Shown here: in pieces, positions 48,701 through 59,880 of the stretch
Numbering within the stretch: position 1 is the first letter of the stretch
Layout: the number at the start of each line of letters is the position of its first letter
Source of the DNA: Tubulanus polymorphus
Lineage: Eukaryota; Animalia; Nemertea
Assembly (NCBI RefSeq): GCF_964204645.1
Contig: NC_134032.1
Span: 12,946,275-13,010,274, forward strand
Reading direction: 5' to 3'
Length of the DNA stretch: 64,000 nt
The notes under the pieces: generated by a model
What the model was told of the DNA's origin: nothing
The model's database searches: none
The model's input: the letters and a program-made list of their open reading frames with translations, nothing else
Position numbers and translations under genes: made by a program

Positions 48701-49382
48701 CTTGTATATTACTCCTATAGAAGCCTAACTCCGGGATGGCTGTTCGATCAATTTATCAACTAAAACACACAAAAATACCCTAAAAGTATTTAGTTTTCGG
48801 GATCGATATTTTGGACTTCACGAAACCTGCAGCTATCCCCCAGATGGCGTGTCTAACAGTAGAACACATTCGATTAGAATTTAGTTCCTTTTTCATCATC
48901 ATTTGTTTTTCGATAAGAAATTAAGTTGATTCTTTTGTCTAGATTTTTATTTTGCAATCGACCAAAAAAATAATCATATAAATAAGTATATAAGAATATA
49001 AGTATATAAATCAAATATTATATCCCCAGCAAAGAAAACAAAATCTTCAGGAGGGTTTCCTAAGGCGGGCACCGAACGGGTCCGAACATCGCCCTTATCT
49101 TCAAAATAAGCAGTTTGTATCGTCAAATATCATTAATTATCATATTCCCTCCAACTTTAAAGAATTATAGAAATCATTCTATATTCAAACCCCTGTAACG
49201 TATTGCACGATATATACGTTATGAGTCACTAATACTTGCCTTCGCAGAGAGAGAGAGAGAGAAAAGTTGCTACTGCGTGTAGAGATAATAGCGGCGATCA
49301 GCGGAAACTTATTTAGAAGGAACTAAATAGAGCGAAACGATTTTTTGTGCTTTCGATCGAAAGAGATATGCAACCCGAAATA

Positions 49383-49569
49383 CAGTCAAACCCCGTTATA
49401 ACGCTGCCATCCTCTTTAATGCCTCAGCTCACATAACGCCAACATTTTTCAGAGAACAAATTTGCTCAACCAAACTCAAATTCAACGGAGATACCATTCT
49501 CAAAACGCCAAATTCGTTACAACGCCGTGTTTTTTCACTGGTACCAACGTTATAAAGGACTTCAACACA
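49383..49569. mobile_element. pogo/Tigger-like MITE
   Basis: TA followed by CAGTCAAACCCCGTTATAACG; degenerate inverted end CGTTATAAAGGACTTCAAC. Confidence 0.6.
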
Positions 49570-51982
49570 ATTTTCACCAAAAACAGAATACGATCAATAC
49601 CAACGTACTTACGTATGAGCGTACAACCGAACTTATCTATCGAAAGCTCCTAAGTTTTGAGAAGAAGACGATTAAGTATATAACGCCAATTGGAAACTAA
49701 CTATGGCCAAATATTTTGGCGTACGGTCTATGTATTATGTATAGGCCTGTGCGTCGTATGACTATGTATTATATTAGCGCGACAGGTTAAACGAGTGACA
49801 TTTTTAACGACACGCCGGACAACGACAGACTGGCCACACATGGTTTTGCTTATTCGCCTACCGACGTCCCATTAAGGAATTACGTCGGTCTTCTTAATCC
49901 GAGCCATTCTTAATCCGTTAATAAGCGCGATAATCCACGTGTAACGTCGGAAACATGTGCAACGACCTTTTTTCGCCCGAGTGATATCAGTATATACATG
50001 TACATGTACATTTACCCGACATGTATATTTTAAAGAATGATCGAGTTTTCTTCCTGGTTCGATTGCGAACATGCTTCCCGATCAGAATGACTTCCCTAAA
50101 AACTGTCCCATACTGTTTGTGCCGCACGGTATACAGGACGCGGAAATTCTTTTTTTTGTTGTGTGTTAATTGATTTACGGATGATGTTTGCACACACGGT
50201 GTGAGCTTATGTACGACGCGTTGCCAACAAATATTGCAGCAATATATCGGGGCTTTTGTTCGAACATTTTTATTTGAGTTTTCTGTATCGATGCGAACAT
50301 GTACTAACGCGTGTACTTACGGCCTATAACATGCTAGATCTGCCTAACTCTATCTCAACTCCCGATAACTATAAGTTTCAACTCAATCGTATACATAGAG
50401 TAGTTTCATGTATTGACTTTGTCTATGAGATATCCTTGTTCAAGACGTCTCCGATCGCAAACGAGTGAACATTTACCAAAATTGGACAATTACCAAAATT
50501 GGACACAATTTATTAATGTGATTATAGGCCTACACTCAAAAAATCGTATAGTTCTTTACTAATTAGAAGTCATTATTTCTGCGAGATTTGTCAGAGACGA
50601 ATTCCAGACACCCACGCACTGCGAAGGTTGCAGTGGCCGAGTGGTTTGTGACATGGGTCACTGAGTTAGGGTTCGTTTCAATCCAGGATTCCATGAGTTC
50701 GAATCTGGGCAACAGAGTCTTTAATACTAAACTAAACAATAGCGACTAAATTGTCTTGAAGGTGATATTATCCTTGACTGCAACTGCTTGTCCATTGACA
50801 CCAAAACTGAGAATATACTCAAATTGGTTAATAGATCCCTATAACGGGGTTAGATTTCGAAGGCTACCCCCAGTTAACGAACAAGTTCCGCAACCTAACG
50901 TTCCCTTTCATTGCAGATAGGGTGAGTTCTCTTTTGACTGTGCCTATCGAATCGTTTACGCTGAAATTGTTAAATAAAGTTGGGCTAGCTCGTGGACTAC
51001 TTGGTCGACGGTTTTTCGGGTACAAGATGCACCGAGTCCGTCGTATCGCGTATTTATTCACAAGGGTCGTATTAGCACCCAGTTAGGTACAATATTTAAT
51101 GACCTTTCCGTAGATATCGTGACCTTTCGGCTATAAGCGTTAATAACTGACGTATGTTAAATCAACTTGCTCCTCGCTGTAAATTGAAGAGGCAATTTCT
51201 TAACTGGTTTAAACGTTGTGAATGTTAACGGATGGAAAATATAGTAAACTAAGCTATACCGGTATAAAATGTGAAAGAGTGGGCCTGTTATCTGTTCAAC
51301 TTAAGCCACTTTCAATAATTAGGGCAATACGTTCCTGATGATTCAGAGTTCGGTCCAAAAAATAGCCTTCGCAACTGGAAAGACTAGGTTATTACCTATT
51401 ATCTGTTTAAGAAGAAGTTTTTGAACAACAAATTCATACGTTATTTCATCACTTTACAAGCATCCGTATAAGTAGATTGTTCACTTCGATACAAAACAAT
51501 TGATGGTCAAGTTTTGAAATTTGATGTTTGAATTTTAGAAAGAATTGTGGACGAAAAAATATTATGATATCGTATTCAGCCTAGCAACTGCTCGGATGTT
51601 ACTTCTCCAGGGAGAGATGACTGATACACGGATTAGAGTTGGTAATATTACCAATTTAATGGAGCGCGCTTATCATGCAGTGGAAAAGGACGCAATAGAA
51701 ATGAAATTACTTTTACTACTACTATTTCTCAATTTCCCAAGTTCAGATGCGATCATCGTCGAACACTTTCTAAGATATCTAACATATCTATTTTTCCACA
51801 CGATTTTACGAATGACGGCAAAGATCTGATGCACGATCGGCAACGGGTGTAGTTCCGTCGAGGTTTTACAAGATAAATAATTGAGAATCAACTTATTCTT
51901 ACTCGAGATGAAGCGACGAGCCGCTCAGTGTGGTAAATATTTTGCCGCAGAAATAATCGTTCAATTCGAAAATACTGCTTAC

Positions 51983-52137
51983 CTTTGCAAAAAAAGTCGG
52001 CGCAACGGAGCGAAGAACGGTAAGGTATCCGACGCGCGTTTTGAAGTATGATCGTTACTGTCGGGTTACACGTATGAATATATACTATCAAAATATTATA
52101 CGACCGCTAAACACCCGTATTGTATCTATATATATAA
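51983..52137 (-). promoter_or_regulatory. Putative TATA-containing promoter and non-coding leader exon
   Basis: TATA-like run at about 52127-52137, an ATG-free stretch, then strong donor AAG|GTAAGC at 51983/51982. Confidence 0.4.
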
Positions 52138-52329
52138 AACACATGCGCCTCATACCTTCGATAAAATATCATCACGTGCGGAGGAGCATCTTTCAGCCAG
52201 GCCGACAAGAAATAACTCAGATACATAAACATATATTAACTTATCTATTACGTGGCATCTTCTCCGCTAGGCTCTGAAAAGCGGTCCTGGGAAGTTCTGA
52301 TAACTATCAGTATTGCAATCAAGAATTTC

Positions 52330-52590
52330 ATATGTGGCAAGTGAGGATCCACCAGTTGCGCTAGTGTGCGGTAGGACATCAACTACTATAGCAATGGATG
52401 ATTATATTTTTGGCAAGTGAGGATCCGCTAGGTGTGCTAGTGTGCAGTGACAATAATACAGCAATAGATGATCCCACTTTTGGCAAGTGAGAATTCGCCA
52501 GACGTCGCTAGTGTGCAGTAGGACATCAACTTCTGCAGCAATCGATGATCCCACTTGTGGCATAATCAAAGATCCACCAGGTTCACTAGA
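52330..52590 (+). repeat. ~77-bp tandem-repeat family, array copy
   Basis: About 3.5 units of the GGCAAGTGAGGATCCACCAG..GCTAGTGTGCAGTAGGACATCAACT repeat. Confidence 0.85.
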
Positions 52591-52945
52591 TAATTCGTCG
52601 GCCATCTATCTGATTTCAGAAGTAATCTATCAATCAAAACTATACCAATAACAATATCATATCTTTTTGGAGGCTCGTTTGAATTCGGGGGGGGGGGGGT
52701 CAAGATCCAGCACGAAGATACAGGTTAATAGAAAATGAGCTAGTTTTGAATAAAACCTACTGTGTAACGTCATCAGGGGAAAACTTGGTGTTAAACTTCG
52801 AAACTACCAACTCAGGATACTATACAGTACCGGTAGTAACACTCGCCTCTTGCCAACAAGTTTCAACTCTAGTTCCGCCGATTCTACCTCCCTTGTACAT
52901 GCCTTCATTTTCTCTAACTAATTTAAAACTGACTCGCAGACTTAC

Positions 52946-53146
52946 CTCTGATAAGACGGGCAGAGCGCTTACCCGTTTACTGTCGCGCCCACTCTCGCGT
53001 CGCGACAGCCAATATTCCGGAGAAAATTCACTAGAAGTTTCTTCGAGTTAAACAATTAGTTTCGTAGAAGTTAGCTTTGAATATCGAGGCGCGATCGACG
53101 GCGTGGATGAGAGCGATCAGAGTTAGTAAAGCGATGTACTTATATA
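52946..53146 (-). promoter_or_regulatory. Putative TATA-containing promoter and non-coding leader exon with two donors
   Basis: Minus-strand TATATAA at 53140-53146, an ATG-free CG-rich stretch, donors CGG|GTAAGC (52973) and GAG|GTAAGT (52946). Confidence 0.45.
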
Positions 53147-53991
53147 ACACATTCACTAGTATATATTTAAACGCATACTAGAAATAGAGGAATAACGATT
53201 ACTTCTTCTGCACACGCGGTAACCGTACGTATAACGTGTACTTGACGATGAGTCAAATCTTTAAGGTGAAATAACAATGCATATCATTCAGTTTCCTTCG
53301 TTAGTAAGTTTCTCATTTCGAGGAAACGGTGCACTACACACGCAGCACAGAGCTCGAGTTGTTTCTCTGCAGACATGTAGTGTGTGGGTTTTCGCACCGT
53401 TTATCTCAAAGTCGATGAAAACGAGCGAGAAATTTCTACGATTTTTTTTTTCTAAAGTTTTGAAACATCAAATATTACTCTGTAGCGAAATAGCAGATCT
53501 TCAGCATCGCTCAGTGACTGGCGGTTGTTATGTCTTGGTGGTTGGAGTTCTGGTTATTCGTGGTTTTGGATGTATCAGTGCATCACGAGGAAAGAGATAG
53601 GGCCAGGTTTTCAAAGTGTTCAAGCCGATAAAGAAACAAGCAGGGAATTTCTCCCGATTTGTTTAGAGATTTTTGACGCGTGAAAAAGACGCTTTTTTCT
53701 GGGGCTGTTGGGCGAGTTACTGCTTGGATGTAGAAACTAGAAAGTCTAATTTATACGTCCCTGGAATAGGTGCGGGGTATAGGTTTCTGAATAAGCGACT
53801 GACCATGGAAATCTAGGCTCGCTGCGTGCTCAAAGTAAAGCCGCGATGGACGTCCGATACGTTGGCATAGATCGGCGCTCTCGCATTTAGACAACAGAAC
53901 GTTGACCACGACGACTGTATGACATCAGACAAACGATTCGCCCAATGACGACTGAATCACCTCGGACGTTATGTTTTACCAATTCACTTCG

Positions 53992-54441
53992 TCTGTGTTC
54001 TACATCTCGTATCTCGTCTAATAGTCAGCCAGCCAATCATGGAAAATTCGACGATCACGGCATTTTTTGTTACAGCTTGGCATCCGGGCTCATTTGATAG
54101 CAGAGTATGTGGGCTATCATGTGTGATGGATGCCTTTTACAATTTTTTCGTTTTTTGGCCTACAGGGGGCGTTAAAATCAGTCATTTTGAAATTAAAACA
54201 TCTTCATTTTCATTTGGCAGGGAAATACACTTTAAACTACTTTTGCTAAATAATTCGAATATCTCATCTTAGGTTTGGAGTAATTTTACAATCTAAACCT
54301 AGTTGCTGCTTCCCTTTGGAATAACATTGATGACCACCTTCGTGATCGTCGAATTTTAGGATAGTTTTTTAAGGTTGGCTGGCTGACTATCATTATGCTA
54401 ATCACATAATGAGAGGAGATACACGAGATGTAGAACACAGA
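53992..54441. mobile_element. ~450-bp element with long imperfect inverted termini
   Basis: TCTGTGTTCTACATCTCGT..ATAGTCAGCCAGCCAA..AAAATTCGACGATCACG is mirrored by CGTGATCGTCGAATTTT..TTGGCTGGCTGACTAT..ACGAGATGTAGAACACAGA. Confidence 0.75.
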
Positions 54442-57147
54442 TACAACAATAGGTATGATTTACGCATTTACACGATGAAGCCACTATGCACTAATAGCGA
54501 AAGCTCGTAATTTCTAATAAAAGCAGTTTAACCCACGCGGTTCTACCCGTTCCAGTGTTCATCTCACCCGGTATTTCATAGGTTAACACGGTTCTTCTAC
54601 CATTCTTCTCGATAATATGGATATATACTCTCATTTCTGAGGAAACCCCTCCGAAATTCATTGAACAAAAGCGCGATTGTCATGTGTTTTTCATTTTCTT
54701 TTTCTTGGTAATTTTAATTCCACAGAGTTGAGCAACGATTAAACAGCACTGGCTTGCCAAGGGAGATAGGAGGAGTTTTGGTGATTGTAGTTTGCAGTTT
54801 ACACGTTTTTCTAACATTTCTAGTCCAAACTTGATCTGCTTGTTACTTTTCGATATTAGTTTTATTCCGATTCCTGATAATGATTCTGTCATTGGTATCG
54901 GGAGATTTTATGGTTTGCCACTGTTCACCGGTAAAGATAAACATTTGTTATCGTAAATTAACGGAAGCTCGTAACTAACTGGGTGTGGTCGCTGAGGTAT
55001 AAGTGCTCTCTAAGAGTTTAGAATGATCCTCTGCCTTCAAGAAGTGTACCGGTAAAGTTGCCTCTTGCACAGGGAGTTGCAAGGTTCTGGCAACATCAAT
55101 CAGCTAGGAAACATCGAAAATGAATTGAATTCAATGGTGACTTATACATTCGAATGTGATAGTTAATGATCCACCAGGTTCGCCGGTGTGCATCAGAACA
55201 GGACGCCCGGATTTCTCAGATTCAATGGGGCACCGATAACCAAATAAACTCAAATCGGTGAACTTTACTAGAATTCATTTGAATAAACGTTCTATTTCCC
55301 TGATTCTCGGCCCTGTATCGCGTCAACTCGTTTAAAACCGATGAATTTTTCTCGAATTCACTTGGAAAACCTTCCATTTCCAGGGTCCTGATTCTCAACT
55401 CGGTAACGGATAACTCTAGACCACTTGTCGGTGATTTATTCTAAAACTCATTTCTAAACCTTCTATTTTCCTGATTCTCAACTCGGTGATGATAATAACT
55501 ACGTTATAAACACTTCCGAGAAGTTGATCGTGACTGTGGCGCCATTTAAAAGCCATTTTTCGGTCAGGATGAGCTGTTTTTTGACGAGTTTGGCTTTTAA
55601 CGCCGTTTCTTTAGAAATCCATACACACATACACAAGACGACATTATATACAGGCGAACGATTACTGTCGTGTAGCGTATGATGTGACGAGACTACGTAG
55701 TCTGCTGCTGGTGCTGTATGTCGCTTCAAGTTACGTACACATCACGTCGACGGCGTTGGAAGGCGCGCGAAGAGACGCTGACAGAGATGCGGCGGAGCAG
55801 TGTCTGAAATGGCCGTCAGATCTGGAGAGGTGACCCCCGAAAGCTATCGTCGCAGGAGGAGCCCACGTCTTGATTAGATATATGTAATACAGTCGCTTTA
55901 TGGTGGGAATATATGGAAACGAGAAAATAGGATTCATCGCTGTTGCAGTTATTCTATATAAGGGAACCTATTGCAGCGGTAAATCACGATTAAATTGGAC
56001 CCGCTCGGAAAACTGGATTAATTAAGTGAAATGATGTGATGAACGCCACACCAGGCTCCGATATGGTAACCGCGTGACGCCTACGAGAAAAACAACGTTT
56101 TTACACCGCAGTTATCGCCGGTCGCGTATGGTGAATTATTAAACAAATTCGATGCGCTGTACACTCCGCAACACGCGTAAGAAAAACCACGACGATGGAT
56201 GATAAATCAATTGCACGAACGATTATCATATCTTCCTATTTCGTCGTTCGGCTCGTACGAAACGACGACGCGCGTATGTACGAACGGGATATTTCGTTGG
56301 AATAACGCCTGTCTAATCCGTATCCGCGCATAAAGAGCCGTTTCCGAATTCATTATGGCGAAGACACAACGCGAGTGATTGTACGGTACTTTTTTTTCTG
56401 TGAACGGACGCCAAAATTACCGTGATAAGAGAAGAGGTGAGCTCTCGTATAGTATTTAGAAAGTGTAATCGCTAGATCGTCGTAGTAAATATGAATCCTT
56501 TTCTAATCTTTTTAATCTAAATTTCTTACTCTTTGAATACTCTAATCCACTTGCGGCAAGCGAGGATCCGCCAGGTGCGCTAGTAGTTAACTCAGTCCTC
56601 CACGTTCAAGTTTTTTTCTTTTTCGATCCAAATTGGGTCAACTTTTCTCTAAATTAATGAATTATCAATGAAATCTGTAGTATACCGAAACACGTTTCAT
56701 GAAAGTCAATATTCAATGAAATTTGATGGGTATTTAAAAGATATTTGAGCTCGAAAGCCTTTAAATCCAGTTCAAAGCTGATTGAAAATGACTTTTTTTT
56801 CAAGGCACTTATGGTCACGTCATCCAGTGGCCTGCTGGTTTTGTAGGTTCCACAATATTTGACAATATTTTTTTAGAAAATAAGAAATGAATATCGTGGA
56901 TACTGCACTCAGAGTCCAGTTTTCGAAAGATTTTTCAATGTTCATTGTCATCAACCAGCCATAATACATATAGGCAACTAACAGCCACTGTACAATGTGG
57001 ACAACCTGATTTGCTATAGATGGTGATCAAAATGTCTTCATGGGCCTCGGTAGAAATGACAGAGGTTTTTGACAGGAGATCTGGCAAAGTCTTGAAGATC
57101 AGTTTGTGTGAGGATGGCGATAATCTGTCGATTGTCTGATGGCGGTG

Positions 57148-57274
57148 GTACAGACAGCAGATTATTCGAGGAGTGGGTGTAGACAGGAGATTATCTGGGG
57201 AGTGGGTGTAGACAGCAGATTATCTGGGGAGTGGGTGTAGACAGCAATGATCTCAGGGGGTGGATGTAGACAGT
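57148..57274 (+). repeat. ~29-bp minisatellite
   Basis: About 4 units of GTAGACAGCAGATTATCTGGGGAGTGGGT. Confidence 0.85.
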
Positions 57275-58829
57275 ATATTGCGAACAGCATAAAATTACGT
57301 TTTTATTTTGTTGACTTAATTTTAAGCACCAACCGAAATTAAAGAAATTGGATATGATGTAATATTCCCTATAGTCCATCCGACGATCTAAAGACGATTT
57401 TTTGTGTTTGAAAGCGAAGGAAATCTACATGCATGACTCATTTTCCTCGGCGGAATGCATAACACATATACCGGCAATATATTCGGCCGTGTCACTTTCG
57501 ATTTCCAAGTTTATATATATCGCCCACCCACTGCTGGGTCACAGACGCGTCAACACACATTTTCATAAATTCACGAAGAAATTGTTTGTCGTAACCAAGG
57601 AGAACTGTAAAATACTGCATTAGAGGCTGATACGCCGCAGTCATACTGTGTACTGCTGAAGCCTATTAATTACCCTATGACGTCATTGGCTAGTTACCAC
57701 CGCCTAATGGAAAAAGATGCCGCGGATATTTCGATATACCACGGCTCCTTGGTGGTGTGATATTTTGACCCAAAACGGGAGCACGGCGCGGTATAAAGGC
57801 ATAGTACCGTACGTGTAGAAGACTTTGCTTTGCCTCGGATCTCACGGGACCAATAAATTTTCACCGAGATGCACGAATTTCGGGCCAGTCCGGAGCGGGT
57901 TGGGTCAATATCACGATGAAAAAGGGGTAAGCAACTTTATATATATATATATATATATATCTTTATCACGGCGTGATAAAGATATATATAAAGGACGCAT
58001 GACGCGGGGAACGCGATGATCCAAAACAATCAAACATCCGTCTCAGAACCGGTGAAATAACACGTCACAAATAGTTTTTTAAAAGAACTGAAACCGACCC
58101 AACAATGCAGGATAAAAGTACCCGGACAATAGAAGGCTGCATATATTAAACAAAACGTTTTGGTGAGTTCCGGCGGCCATATTCTCGGAGGTCTCGGCTT
58201 AGTAATAACGGCTACGATTATGTTTGTTCGTTTATAAGAAGTTTTTACGCCAACGCTGCTGAACTGGAAAACTGAATATATATCTATAAGAAACGTCGTG
58301 GAGAAAAAGACGATCGTAGGATGAATATTGATGACGAAAGACTTGTGGACGCTCCAGTATCTGACCGCGGTTCGCCGACTAGAGAGCTACTGGGATGGAG
58401 ATTTGCTCTAATAGGGATCGGCAAAATCCGCCTACGTAGATATACGAACGTGATCATCCAATGTACCGTTGAGAGAGAGAGGAGCCTTAGAGAGAGAGAG
58501 AGAAAGCTTCGTCGCAGTGAACGACTGTAGCTTGCAAAATCGCTATCCCAGTTGAATTCATGCTAATGTGCACTCACAGCACAACGCGTCGTAACTACGA
58601 ATGAACTACTCGTTGATTATGCGTATATATGTATAGAAGTTTATTAGATTTATTTCAATTTTGCCGATTATTAACCGGCATAGCGCAAGGTTACCCATCG
58701 GTGATGATGGTTTATCGGCGCAGGCATCAAATATTTAGGTATTTGTGGTTGATCCAACACCACGAAATGAAAACTGCGTCGGTGAACCCGGAATAACGCG
58801 ATGCTATAATTCTCTGGGGAACACGCGCT

Positions 58830-59370
58830 GCTGTGGCAGTCGAGGGTCAGCGAGGATAGGCCAGGTGTCGTTAGCGCACTGTAGGACATCGATGGGGAAA
58901 AGAGCATTCAACTCGTGAGGATCCGTCAGGTTCTCTGATGTGCAGTAGGACATCAACTACTGCGGCAAGAGAGGATTCCACTCGTTGCAAGTGAGGATCA
59001 GGTGCGCTAGTGTGCAGTAGGACATCAACTACTGTGGCAAGAGAGGGTCCCAATTGTGCTAGGATCCACCAGGTGCCGCTAGTGTGCAGTAGGACATCAA
59101 CTACTGCGGCAATGGAGGATTCTACTTGTCGCAAGTGAGGATCCATCAGGTGTGCTAGTGTACAGTAGGACATCAACTACTGCGACAGAGGTGGATTCTA
59201 CTTGTGACAAGTACAAGTTCAAGTTAATTCATAGAAAAGCACATGTACAACAAAGTATGGATCCGGTGTTGCTAGCGTGCGTATGATTAACTTGAGGATT
59301 CCACTTGTGGCAACCGAGGGTCCACCAGGTGCGCAGTAGGACATCTGCTACGGTGGTAAGGATTCCACTA
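58830..59370 (+). repeat. ~77-bp tandem-repeat family, largest array
   Basis: About 6 degenerate units, e.g. AGGATCCACCAGGTGCCGCTAGTGTGCAGTAGGACATCAACTACTG at 59061. Confidence 0.88.
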
Positions 59371-59833
59371 ATTGCCGCTACGCCAATAGATGGCGCAAAA
59401 AACAAAAACAGTAGGTCTTACACCCATTTACAACTAGTTCATTTTCGATCAACTTCGATGAACTGGATCTTTAGGCTGCCGAATCCGAATATTACGCGAT
59501 GAGTAATCACTATAAGCGAACCAGGTAGACGCTTCTCACCTAATCCCCGATTGCCACAGTAACGTTGCCGGTACCCTGCACAATGTCCAGCATCGATCGG
59601 CAGCGGGTGCGGCCGATTCTCTCACGCTTAAACCATACGTATACACGTAATTCTACCAACCGATCACTATCGATCATAGATATATCGATACTGTGTGTGA
59701 TTGTTCATGTTTAAAGTCAAGACGACTGAATTCAATCAACCCAATAAACTTTATCGACCTCGCCCTGCGCTCAGCGGCGCTATATCGAAATAAATTCGAT
59801 AACACACTTCGCGTGGAATCGTGCATTGAATAA

Positions 59834-59880
<47 letters not shown>

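Noticed and set aside
58830-59370. CRISPR-like appearance of the ~77-bp arrays
   Set aside because: Whole units are homologous (no unique spacers), there are no cas genes, and the DNA is eukaryotic.
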